DNA from: Nitrospirota bacterium
GTDB lineage: Bacteria; Nitrospirota; Thermodesulfovibrionia; Thermodesulfovibrionales; Dissulfurispiraceae
Length of the DNA stretch: 64,000 bases
NCBI GenBank assembly: GCA_963790025.1
Contig: CAWBMP010000004.1
Coordinates: 864,001 to 928,000, forward strand
Direction: 5' to 3'
The position numbers were made by a program, and so were the translations under genes. Shown here one piece after another: positions 41,490 through 50,511 of the stretch. Under the pieces are notes generated by a model. It worked only from the letters and a program-made list of their open reading frames with translations, had not been told where the DNA came from and did not search any database. Positions within the stretch are counted from its first letter, which is position 1; every line of letters starts with the position of its first letter.

Positions 41490-42728
41490 ATGCTGAAATT
41501 GTTTAATACCCTGGGGCGCAAGCTCGAACCGTTCAATCAACGCAAGACCGGGACGGTAACCATGTTCACCTGCGGACCTTCTGTTTACCAGAAGTCCCAT
41601 ATAGGGAATTTCAGGACCTTTTTATTCGAGGACATCCTTCTGCGGTATCTGGAATATCTGGGCTACACGGTGGAGAGAGGCATGAACTTTACCGACGTCG
41701 AAGACAAGGCGATTGCTGAAGCCAGAGGTCGAAAGACCGGCCTGAAACAGCTTACCGGGCAGAACATAAAAATCTTTCTGAAGGAAATGAAACTCCTTGC
41801 CATGAAGGTTCCCGATTTCCTGCCCAGGGCTTCGGAGAGCGTCGAGGAAGCTGCCGAAATCATAGAGCACCTTCTCAACCGCCATGTTGCCTACTGGCAC
41901 CAGGGGAGTGTCTATTTTGATCCACTGATGTTCCCCGGGTTCGGAAAGCTCTACGGGCTAGACATGTCACACTGGCCAAAGAAAAAAATACGTTTCCATA
42001 AGGACACATATCCGGGCATTCAGTGGAACCTCGGAGATTTTATTCTATGGCACGGTTATAAAGAGGGCGATGGCATTTACTGGGATACAAAAATAGGCAG
42101 GGGAAGACCATCCTGGAATATCCAGGACCCGAGCATGATCGTCAGATATTTCCATGAGACACTCTCGGTCTACTGTGGAGGCATCGATAACCTTTATCGT
42201 CACCACGATTACAACCTGGCCATACTCGAATCGCTAAAGGATGATCCAAGATACCGGTTCCGGCCCATGTCCAGGTTCTGGCTGCATTGCCATCATCTCC
42301 ACGTAAACGGCCGGAAGATGTCAAAGAGCAAGGGGAATATTCATTACATCGAAACGCTTCAGGCATTGGGCTATACGCCGTCTGAAATCCGGTTTTTCCT
42401 CATATACTGCCATTACCGCCGGACACTCAATTTCTCGGAGAGCGCCATTGCGGCTTCCGCTGAAAAGCTCAGGCGACTTAAAAAGACCATCGAGGCTTTA
42501 ACAAAGAAAATGCACAGCGGGCAGAAGAGTACCGACAGCGTCATGTCGCGTACCATAAAAAAACGCTTTGAAGATCATATGGATAACGACCTCGATGTCA
42601 GGCAGGCTTTTGATGAAGTATACAATACGGTTATTCAGATTGATCCGACCGCGACAGGATCCGGCGACGGTGCGGCTATTGTACTTGCGCTCAAAGAAGT
42701 GGATCAGGTACTGCAGGTGCTTTTCTAG
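41490..42728 (+). CDS. Divergent cysteinyl-tRNA synthetase-like protein
   Basis: CGPSVY, HIGN, NFTDVEDK, DFILW and KMSKS present, but GRPSWNIQDP replaces GRPGWHIECS; only 412 aa. Confidence 0.8.
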   Translation: MLKLFNTLGRKLEPFNQRKTGTVTMFTCGPSVYQKSHIGNFRTFLFEDILLRYLEYLGYTVERGMNFTDVEDKAIAEARGRKTGLKQLTGQNIKIFLKEMKLLAMKVPDFLPRASESVEEAAEIIEHLLNRHVAYWHQGSVYFDPLMFPGFGKLYGLDMSHWPKKKIRFHKDTYPGIQWNLGDFILWHGYKEGDGIYWDTKIGRGRPSWNIQDPSMIVRYFHETLSVYCGGIDNLYRHHDYNLAILESLKDDPRYRFRPMSRFWLHCHHLHVNGRKMSKSKGNIHYIETLQALGYTPSEIRFFLIYCHYRRTLNFSESAIAASAEKLRRLKKTIEALTKKMHSGQKSTDSVMSRTIKKRFEDHMDNDLDVRQAFDEVYNTVIQIDPTATGSGDGAAIVLALKEVDQVLQVLF

Positions 42729-42810
42729 ACCTTAATAAGCAGTGCGTGACAGGTTGCCGAGAAAAATTCATTGGCAACATGGCGTAGAATGTGGTATTTT
42801 ATAGGATATT

Positions 42811-42883
<73 letters not shown>

Positions 42884-42916
42884 CTTTGAATTTCAATAAG
42901 TTATGCCATTCCATTT

Positions 42917-43993
42917 TTACCCTGAAATCCCGACTGTAGCAGAATTGTAGCAGATTTCTTTTTTTACCATTCCGCCGTTCAGGGTATTGTCCAAAATATC
43001 TACTGCTTTTACTTTGTGACTCGGTGCAAGATGAGCATATCTCAATGTCATCTTGATATCCTTATGCCCTAACAATTCTTTGACCGTGGTAATATCCACC
43101 CCTGCCATAACAAGATGTGATGCGAAGGTATGCCGCAGGTCATGAAACCGGAAATCTTTAATGCCTCCTTTTCTACATGCTGTAGAAAAGCTGTTCTTAA
43201 CGTCCTTATACGGTCTTCCGGTTGCATTGTCAAAAAAGACATAAGGAATATCGAGTCTCCTCGGTACGCTCTGAAAAACAGCCTTTAGAGTAACGTTAAT
43301 TGGTATCTCCCTGCGCTCTCCGTTCTTTGTCCTATCCAGAAGGATAAAACCGTGTTTCAAATCGATGTGAGCATCCCATCTCAGAGAGAGTATTTCACCT
43401 TTACGGCACCCCGTATTCATAGCTGTTGTTACGATGGGCTTCAGATGCGTATCACATGCATCAAGAAGTCTTATGCATTCTTCTTGTGAGAGATACCGAA
43501 GGCGCTTGTTATTCTCAGGCAGAAGTTTTACCCTGCGTATGCTTTTCAGGGCCGCTTCATCAATCATGTTCCAGTCAAGGGCCTTGGTGAACATATGAGA
43601 AAGTGTAGCAAGCAAACGGTTGGCAGTAGAAGGTTTATTCCCCTTCTTCAGTCTTTCCGTTTGAAACTCTTCAACCGTGCTTGTGTTGAAGTATGCCAGA
43701 TCACAATTCATATACCGCCTTGCCAATTGTTTCACCATATACCCTTTAGAAGTTCTCCATGATCGTTGTCTGCCTTCAGCCCATGCAGAATACTTCTCTA
43801 CAAGCTCGTCAAAAATATGGTGCTGTTTAATCTGCGACTTGTCAGAGCAAGCACCTTCCTGCATGTCAACAAGCGTTTTAGCATAGACTTTTTCAGCAAG
43901 CTTTTTGTTATCCGTTTTTGTGGATAACTGAATTCTCTTGCAGTCCTGCGTTATTGTAAACCAGAAGATTTTACCTCGTCGGTAAAGTCCCAT
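42917..43993 (-). CDS. Tyrosine recombinase / integrase
   Basis: TGCRKGE (R), TK, HDLRH (HxxR), LGH and RYAH (Y) catalytic residues are intact. Confidence 0.96.
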   Translation of the reverse strand: MGLYRRGKIFWFTITQDCKRIQLSTKTDNKKLAEKVYAKTLVDMQEGACSDKSQIKQHHIFDELVEKYSAWAEGRQRSWRTSKGYMVKQLARRYMNCDLAYFNTSTVEEFQTERLKKGNKPSTANRLLATLSHMFTKALDWNMIDEAALKSIRRVKLLPENNKRLRYLSQEECIRLLDACDTHLKPIVTTAMNTGCRKGEILSLRWDAHIDLKHGFILLDRTKNGERREIPINVTLKAVFQSVPRRLDIPYVFFDNATGRPYKDVKNSFSTACRKGGIKDFRFHDLRHTFASHLVMAGVDITTVKELLGHKDIKMTLRYAHLAPSHKVKAVDILDNTLNGGMVKKEICYNSATVGISG

Positions 43994-43996
43994 AGG

Positions 43997-44221
43997 CTAC
44001 GATCCTCCTTTCTTGGGACTTCCGGTCTGGACAAGAGGATTATAACCTGACTGCGCCTGTATCTTGCAATCCTGTATCCATTGTTTGATGTCGTCGAGGT
44101 CGAACCGCAGGGAGCCGTTAAGCTTCATATGCGGTATCTGATTCAGTTCTGCCCATTGATATATGGTCTTTGTCTTTACGCCTATCATGTCCGAAAGTTT
44201 CTTTACGTCTACTATCTGCAT
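43997..44221 (-). CDS. Excisionase-like helix-turn-helix protein
   Basis: 74 aa; KTIYQW...IP...LRF...I..W pattern; directly upstream of int. Confidence 0.85.
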   Translation of the reverse strand: MQIVDVKKLSDMIGVKTKTIYQWAELNQIPHMKLNGSLRFDLDDIKQWIQDCKIQAQSGYNPLVQTGSPKKGGS

Positions 44222-44230
44222 GAATGCACT

Positions 44231-45037
44231 CTAAAATGGCTCTACAGCCTCATTAAGCCAGTTCTGAACACCGGCTATGTACTTATCCTTAATCTTTTCT
44301 ACGAGGGCATTATCACAGTATTTTTCCAGTTCAGCACGGAACTTCCTGTTGATGTATTTATAGAGCACTTGCAAAACCCCTGAATCGCCGTTAGTTTGAA
44401 AATCAAAAAACTGAAGTCTGTCATAGTGAGAAGCAAAGCTTTCCGGATTTGTTAAAATTTCCTGCAAGTTCTTTTTTACGCTTCTAATTTGAATCTCAAA
44501 CCTTGTGTGACTCTTTCCCGTGCCAAGAAGCTCTTTCTCATAATCTGTTATCTGGAATCCCTTTTTAAGACGAGATTTAATTTCCTGCGTCTTATCATAT
44601 ATCCTGATTTTCGGATCAGAACCCGCATATATAGTCCCCCTATAGAAACTGAGGCTAGTTGAACGGATATTCTTGACTCTCAACATAGAAAGGAGGGCAT
44701 CAATCGGAAAGTCCTCAATATCTACAGCTATATCCAGCCTTGATGTATTCAACTCCTGAATATTCAGACTCGAACTATTGAAAATGCAGAAAATATAAGA
44801 AAGCATGAAATCAGAGCAACTGAAATATTTAGGGTTAATATCTATCTTAGTAAAGGGGATATTTGCGTTCCGAGACTCTCCAAATTTATGAGGATAATAA
44901 AAGACTACCGCTCTATCCAGCCTACAGATAAATTTATAAATATGACTACGGGACGTGTCTTCAGTAATTGTTCCATGATTCTCTAGATATTCCCTGTCAG
45001 GGGGCCTATAAGTAGTGAGGCTTAATTTATCAATCAT
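44231..45037 (-). CDS. Rep_trans-superfamily rolling-circle replication initiator/relaxase
   Basis: Ordered motifs IDKL, SRLDIAVD, TIYAGS, RIYDK and RFEIQ. Confidence 0.75.
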   Translation of the reverse strand: MIDKLSLTTYRPPDREYLENHGTITEDTSRSHIYKFICRLDRAVVFYYPHKFGESRNANIPFTKIDINPKYFSCSDFMLSYIFCIFNSSSLNIQELNTSRLDIAVDIEDFPIDALLSMLRVKNIRSTSLSFYRGTIYAGSDPKIRIYDKTQEIKSRLKKGFQITDYEKELLGTGKSHTRFEIQIRSVKKNLQEILTNPESFASHYDRLQFFDFQTNGDSGVLQVLYKYINRKFRAELEKYCDNALVEKIKDKYIAGVQNWLNEAVEPF

Positions 45038-45176
45038 GAGTTAGTAACGTATTTGCTGGTGATTACACATATCCAGCAAATCCTCTGCGTGAGCTTCGGA
45101 GGCTACGCATGCTCTTGCTCCCCCGCTGTCCGCTGAGCAGCTCCGCTTTCCGCCATATATAGCAACTTTATCTATC

Positions 45177-45473
45177 CTATTTCTTACTTTCATTTCCAGT
45201 ATCCTTTCTCAGATCAAATTCCATACGATTAATCAAGTAATCCTCTACCTTTTGCTTTCTGATGAACCGTTTAATTTCAGATTTTGACATCGACTCCTTC
45301 TCTTCTTCTATGTCAGCCCGTCCTTTTGCTATACGGTCTTCTTGATCTGTAAAAGGGCCTAGACAGAGTGCTATTTGAGACCCAAAGAGCATACAGGGGC
45401 CTTCCTGTTTCCAGAAACAAGAATTGCACTTGCCTTGTGATGCCGATTGATCTATGCTTTCGTTTTCCAACAT
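45177..45473 (-). CDS. Hypothetical protein with Cys cluster
   Basis: 98-aa ORF with CNSC..C..C, co-oriented within the element. Confidence 0.55.
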   Translation of the reverse strand: MLENESIDQSASQGKCNSCFWKQEGPCMLFGSQIALCLGPFTDQEDRIAKGRADIEEEKESMSKSEIKRFIRKQKVEDYLINRMEFDLRKDTGNESKK

Positions 45474-45482
45474 AAGGTCATT

Positions 45483-45734
45483 TTAGGCGGAAAGATTGTT
45501 ATCCTTTTCTTGTTCTGGAATTTCAGCGCCGCACTTCAAGCAAAGATCATAATTCCCTGTATCATCTCCAAAGCCGGCCATAATTGGAGTATTACATCGA
45601 GGGCAACAGGGAAGGCCCAACTCCTTCAACTGTTCCGCAAATGCAGTATCATTCAGGCGTTCTGCATTCCTTTCCATGACTTTAAAAAAATCCTTTTCCT
45701 TATTCCGTCTTGCTATTCTTTCTGCTCGTGACAT
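45483..45734 (-). CDS. Small zinc-ribbon protein
   Basis: GGAGG RBS before ATG 45734; CPRC...CLKC. Confidence 0.6.
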   Translation of the reverse strand: MSRAERIARRNKEKDFFKVMERNAERLNDTAFAEQLKELGLPCCPRCNTPIMAGFGDDTGNYDLCLKCGAEIPEQEKDNNLSA

Positions 45735-45855
45735 ACAACACCTCCATAAAGTTATTTTTTGGCGAAGCGCCAAATAAAAAGCCGAGAATCTACGGAATAA
45801 TTCCGCAGAAACCCGGCTCTCTTGCCCCTAAAGGCCTATTAGCCCTATCTTAAGT

Positions 45856-46053
45856 TTATAATTCTATGTATTGCTTACAATAACGACATCGAATCAAATA
45901 AATATTCATTCCCCTGTCTATTTTCAAACCTCTAACAAGATAGAACACACAGTTGTCGTCCTCTCTGTCTATTTTTCTTATAATTTTTCCGCAATGAGGA
46001 CACGTACCGTTTGCATAAATCCTGAGATAAGTTTGAGTTGTCGTTTGTTCCAT
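45856..46053 (-). CDS. Small zinc-ribbon protein
   Basis: CPHC...CRYC, 65 aa. Confidence 0.6.
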   Translation of the reverse strand: MEQTTTQTYLRIYANGTCPHCGKIIRKIDREDDNCVFYLVRGLKIDRGMNIYLIRCRYCKQYIEL

Positions 46054-46087
46054 CGTTTATCAGACCCGCCTCTATAACTCATAACAA

Positions 46088-46399
46088 CTATGTTATCCGT
46101 CTATATTGCCTCTTCCCTTTCAATGTTAATTTATCCTTAATCTTATTTATTTTTTCATCTATTTTCATAGTTTTAGGTTTTAAATGCTTTCTTATTCTCG
46201 CCCTTAGTGCCGCGTCTTCAGGGGTTCTATTAAAAAGGTCGTCAAACTCCTTGTCGGTGAGCTCTCTTCCCTTTTTAAACTCCTCAAGGAATGCCTTGTA
46301 GTAAAAAGTAGCTACATCTGACAAAGAAAGTTCTTTAGGCATCTCCTGCAACTTATCATAAACATCTTCATCAATCGTCAGCGTGATTTTCTTTCTCAT
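46088..46399 (-). CDS. Ribbon-helix-helix (CopG-like) regulator
   Basis: MRKKITLTIDEDVYDKL...SLSD strand-helix-helix pattern; GGAGG RBS. Confidence 0.65.
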   Translation of the reverse strand: MRKKITLTIDEDVYDKLQEMPKELSLSDVATFYYKAFLEEFKKGRELTDKEFDDLFNRTPEDAALRARIRKHLKPKTMKIDEKINKIKDKLTLKGKRQYRRIT

Positions 46400-46420
46400 G
46401 CCATAGCCTCCATTTCTCAG

Positions 46421-46466
46421 CGTATACGTATACGTATACTTTATCAAAGGTTAAATAGCTTGTCAA
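46421..46466 (-). promoter_or_regulatory. Sigma70-type promoter with palindromic (GTATAC)x3 operator
   Basis: Minus strand: TTGACA, 17 bp ending in TGn, TAAAGT, then ATACGTATACGTATACG, GGAGG and ATG. Confidence 0.7.
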
Positions 46467-46539
46467 GAGTTTTTTTTGCATAATGGGTAGCAAAAATTCC
46501 GGAAACTCAGCTATGAGGCTGTCTGTCTAAAGGTGAAGC

Positions 46540-47373
46540 CTACGGGGAGTTGTTTTCTTTCGTCACATGTCTCACATAATCTTTGGACAAATATTTTTGC
46601 CAATTCGGAACTGCTAAAACGGGAGCCTTCTGTTCTGCATTACGATCCCATTCATGATCGGGGCTATACGGATAAAGACTGATATTATAGCTCTGAGCAC
46701 CATCAGATGCCTTAGTCTCTTTTATTGCGATAATATAAAGCTGGCTAAATTTATACCAATACACTTTCTTAGTACGAGATCCGGTATAAGAAATCACGGC
46801 TGCAACATAGAGCATCTTAGGTCTCGGATTTAGAGAGGATATCAAAGGGTGACAAGGTACACTCGCATCTTCCTGACCTGGGAATACGGTCTTTATATCT
46901 GGAAAATCGCCGTAAGCTTCCTTAAACCACTTGACGAAATCGATTTTACCTCTAATGTCGCTAGCAACCATATAATCAGTCTGCAAAATCGTAGCAGGCT
47001 CTTTGCCGACGTTAATAAATTGAAGATCACCACCACCAAACCACCCGCCTTCCGACTGATTAGGGGTAACAGATAGTTTATTAAGTTTAAGATACACGTA
47101 TGGCCGCTGTTCCAAATCAAATTTCGTGGATTCAATTGTATTCTGTGTACTCTGTATATCTACACTTCTTTTTAGTTGCATAGTCTGATAACCTAAGAAA
47201 AACAATGTCGGAATACCCACGATTGCAAGAAGAATCGAGCCAATAGCAGAATATTTCTCCGCATTTTGTTTTGTGATTCTCGTATATAAGAAAATAAGTG
47301 GGAGTACAACAAAACAGATAATGAGACCAGAAATTGATATTAACAACTTATAATTCGACCAGAACCCGCCCAT
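46540..47373 (-). CDS. Hypothetical cargo protein: two N-terminal TM helices plus a beta-rich soluble domain
   Basis: Hydrophobic segments followed by EQRPYV. The ORF could extend to TTG 47553. Confidence 0.7.
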   Translation of the reverse strand: MGGFWSNYKLLISISGLIICFVVLPLIFLYTRITKQNAEKYSAIGSILLAIVGIPTLFFLGYQTMQLKRSVDIQSTQNTIESTKFDLEQRPYVYLKLNKLSVTPNQSEGGWFGGGDLQFINVGKEPATILQTDYMVASDIRGKIDFVKWFKEAYGDFPDIKTVFPGQEDASVPCHPLISSLNPRPKMLYVAAVISYTGSRTKKVYWYKFSQLYIIAIKETKASDGAQSYNISLYPYSPDHEWDRNAEQKAPVLAVPNWQKYLSKDYVRHVTKENNSP

Positions 47374-47607
47374 ATTACTCGAAGACAAAAAGCCCCCCTT
47401 TTTGGCTCGAATTGTTCTACTTCTAATGTCCACAATCTTACCACAACAATACTCGCTTTTTACAGAAGAGGACTGATTAATCCAATTCCGCGTCTTCACT
47501 CCAACATCCCTAACAGTCGCGTATTTCCAATATATCTCTTGATATCTTTTCAACAGGTCAATCTTGGTATAAACTCGACATTGAAACTGTCTGCCTAATG
47601 GGGAAGC

Positions 47608-50511
47608 TTACGATATTTTCTTTGCAAGATCATTTTCTGAGAAACCATGCATTTCTAATCCTTTTTTATGCATCCAGATGACTTGGTTGTCTCCCTTCGC
47701 TATTTCGACGATATCATTGTAATCTATATAATCATTACATTTGGGACAATATATGCCCAGATCGCTAAGTCTTATCCTTAAGCCTATATCGCCTGTCAAA
47801 CACTTCCACGAATTTTCAAAGATTCCATTAAAATAGGCCGCAAATATTTCACGTTTACTTTTAAGTTCTTCTTCAAATTCAGATATTACTGCCAATTTTC
47901 TCAGACCTTTCTCTTGAACGTCATTAAGAAAATTACGTAGTCCATGAAAACCTAGATGTGAATGTTTTTTTGAAATAATTTGTCCATCTTCAGTTTGGGG
48001 GGATCTCGAAAATTCTACCTCGGGGTCTACCGTGCCGAGATGAGGGACTAAAAGCTGACACTTTAAATATTGTACAGAAATGCTTTTATCATAGCTTGTA
48101 TCGTTCGGCATCCCTATACACAACGGCCTTCCCTTGTACTGAAAAGGGTTATCTGCTTCATGCATTTCAAAAAGCAAGCCCGTCGAAAAGCCTTCGCTGA
48201 AGAGTTCCTTATGTTCCGCTTTCATTACTTTTAATATAAAATCAAAACCTTTTCGTTTTATAGAATCGCCATGATTTAAAATAATGACATCACTTAACGA
48301 TTTATGAAATGTGGTCCAACTCATAAATTTTGCCGCTGCTCCGCGGTTCATGAATAATACCAACCTCTGCGGCGCATAATCTATCTGGTAGCCTGTTTTC
48401 TTTTCAAGTTCTTCTCTTTTGGGATTGCCTTTCTCCGACTTATCCAAAAGATCGTTAAGTTCATAAATTAAAGTTAATACTGCTTCAAGGTCGTGCGTAT
48501 GGTCGAAATGTGCGTGTGTTAATATTATGGCATCAAGATCCCTCAGAGTGAACCCTTGCTCTATAAAATTATCAATAAATCCAATCCCAGGATCAATGAC
48601 GATTCCCTTACCGTTCCATGCTAAAAAATACCCTCCGCCTCTACTGCCTTCTTTGTAATACATCGATGGAGTATAAGAATTAAATTTCCTTAATATACAC
48701 AGAAACTTATCATCTTCCTTTAACGTCCGAGGGGCTAGTAGAAATTTCCAGAAATCTGATTGTTCCTTCTCTCTAATTCCAAATAGATCATTAAGTACTT
48801 CGGTTACCGTATCGACTGGTGATGATACCCTTATAGGTGTTTTCTCTATATCTGCAATTTTTTTGGTAATCCTTGATTCCCAGATATCAAAGTCTTTAAG
48901 TCTGTCGTCACCGCTCTCAAAATGCTTTTTAGCTTTATGAAACATGCCAAGTGATTCTCTAAATAGAGAAGCATCATTCTTCAATTCAGCCAAATTAAAC
49001 AAGGCATAACCACAGTTATAGTATGCTTGGTGATAATCCTCTTTATACTTCACAGCCAGGGCATATTTCTCAAAAGACTCCCTGAAAAGAGCCTCGTCAT
49101 TTCTTATCCTCGCAAGGGCTGATAATGCATTGCCCCAATTATTGTATGCTTTGTGATAATCCTCTTTATACTTCACAGCCAGGGCATATTTCTCAAAAGA
49201 CTCCCTGAAAAGAGCCTCGTCATTTCTTATCCTCGCAAGGGATGATAATCCAGTGCCCCAGTTATAGTATGCTTCGTGATCATCCTCTTTATACTTCACA
49301 GCCAGGGCATATTTCTCAAAAGACTCCCTGAAAAGAGCCTCGTCATTTCTTATCCTCGCAAGGGCTGATAATGCATTGCCCCAATTATTGTATGCTTGGT
49401 GATAATCCTCTTTATACTTCACAGCCAGGGCATATTTCTCAAAAGACTCCCTGAAAAGAGCCTCGTCATTTCTTATCCTCGCAAGGGCAAGTAATGCATT
49501 GCCCCAGTTATAGTATGCTTCGTGATAATCCTCTTTATACTTCACAGCCAGGGCATATTTCTCAAAAGACTCCCTGAAAAGAGCCTCGTCATTTCTTATC
49601 CTCGCAAGGGCTAGTAATGCATTGCCCCAATTATTGTATGCTTGGTGATAATCCTCTTTATACTTCACAGCCAGGGCATATTTCTCAAAAGACTCCCTGA
49701 AAAGAGCCTCGTCATTTCTTATCCTCGCAAGGTCTGATAATGCATTGCCCCAGTTATAGTATGCTTCGTGATAATCCTCTTTATACTTCACAGCCAGGGC
49801 ATATTTCTCAAAAGACTCCCTGAAAAGAGCCTCGTCATTTCTTATCCTCGCAAGGGCTAGTAATGCATTGCCCCAATTATTGTATGCTTGGTGATAATCC
49901 TCTTTATACTTCACAGCCAGGGCATATTTCTCAAAAGACTCCCTGAAAAGAGCCTCGTCATTTCTTATCCCCGCAAGGTCTGATAATGCATTGCCCCAAT
50001 TATTGTATGCTTGGTAATAATCCTCTTTATACTTCACAGCCAGGGCATATTTCTCAAAAGACTCCCTGAAAAGAGCCTCGTCATTTCTTATCCCCGCAAG
50101 GTCTGATAATGCATTGCCCCAATTATAGTATGCTTGGTGATAATCCTCTTTATACTTCACAGCCAGGGCATATTTCTCAAAAGACTCCCTGAAAAGAGCC
50201 TCGTCATTTCTTATCCCCGCAAGGTCTGATAATGCATTGCCCCAGTTATAGTATGCTTCGTGATAATCCTCTTTATACTTCACAGCCAGGGCATATTTCT
50301 CAAAAGACTCCCTGAAAAGAGCCTCGTCATTTCTTATCCCCGCAAGGTCTGATAATGCATTGCCCCAGTTATAGTATAAAACCGATTTGCTTTGGGCTGA
50401 TTTGGCCTCATCGGTCAAACTTTGAAAAAACTTGTTAGCATCTTCTAATTGACCCTTTTTCGCAAGGTCACGCGCTTTCTTAATCTGCGCTCGAAACTCT
50501 TTGTCTTGCAT
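47608..50511 (-). CDS. Tandem 41-aa TPR-like repeats fused to an MBL-fold metallo-hydrolase
   Basis: GAAGGAG RBS before ATG 50511; 11 plus 1 repeats; GGGYF, IVIDPG and THAHFDH (HxHxDH), later H/D residues and a C-terminal CPKC. Confidence 0.9.
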   Translation of the reverse strand: MQDKEFRAQIKKARDLAKKGQLEDANKFFQSLTDEAKSAQSKSVLYYNWGNALSDLAGIRNDEALFRESFEKYALAVKYKEDYHEAYYNWGNALSDLAGIRNDEALFRESFEKYALAVKYKEDYHQAYYNWGNALSDLAGIRNDEALFRESFEKYALAVKYKEDYYQAYNNWGNALSDLAGIRNDEALFRESFEKYALAVKYKEDYHQAYNNWGNALLALARIRNDEALFRESFEKYALAVKYKEDYHEAYYNWGNALSDLARIRNDEALFRESFEKYALAVKYKEDYHQAYNNWGNALLALARIRNDEALFRESFEKYALAVKYKEDYHEAYYNWGNALLALARIRNDEALFRESFEKYALAVKYKEDYHQAYNNWGNALSALARIRNDEALFRESFEKYALAVKYKEDDHEAYYNWGTGLSSLARIRNDEALFRESFEKYALAVKYKEDYHKAYNNWGNALSALARIRNDEALFRESFEKYALAVKYKEDYHQAYYNCGYALFNLAELKNDASLFRESLGMFHKAKKHFESGDDRLKDFDIWESRITKKIADIEKTPIRVSSPVDTVTEVLNDLFGIREKEQSDFWKFLLAPRTLKEDDKFLCILRKFNSYTPSMYYKEGSRGGGYFLAWNGKGIVIDPGIGFIDNFIEQGFTLRDLDAIILTHAHFDHTHDLEAVLTLIYELNDLLDKSEKGNPKREELEKKTGYQIDYAPQRLVLFMNRGAAAKFMSWTTFHKSLSDVIILNHGDSIKRKGFDFILKVMKAEHKELFSEGFSTGLLFEMHEADNPFQYKGRPLCIGMPNDTSYDKSISVQYLKCQLLVPHLGTVDPEVEFSRSPQTEDGQIISKKHSHLGFHGLRNFLNDVQEKGLRKLAVISEFEEELKSKREIFAAYFNGIFENSWKCLTGDIGLRIRLSDLGIYCPKCNDYIDYNDIVEIAKGDNQVIWMHKKGLEMHGFSENDLAKKIS
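49024..50376 (-). repeat. Coding tandem repeat, 11 x 123 bp (plus a degenerate 12th at ~48901-49023)
   Basis: Unit YYNWGNALSDLAGIRNDEALFRESFEKYALAVKYKEDYHEA; the 72-bp core appears identical in all 11 copies. Confidence 0.97.

Noticed and set aside
49024..50376. 123-bp repeat array as a CRISPR array
   Set aside because: Units are contiguous, in frame and coding, with no unique spacers and no cas genes.
47608..50511. Diversity-generating retroelement target
   Set aside because: No reverse transcriptase or template repeat in the window, and the substitutions are not adenine-specific.
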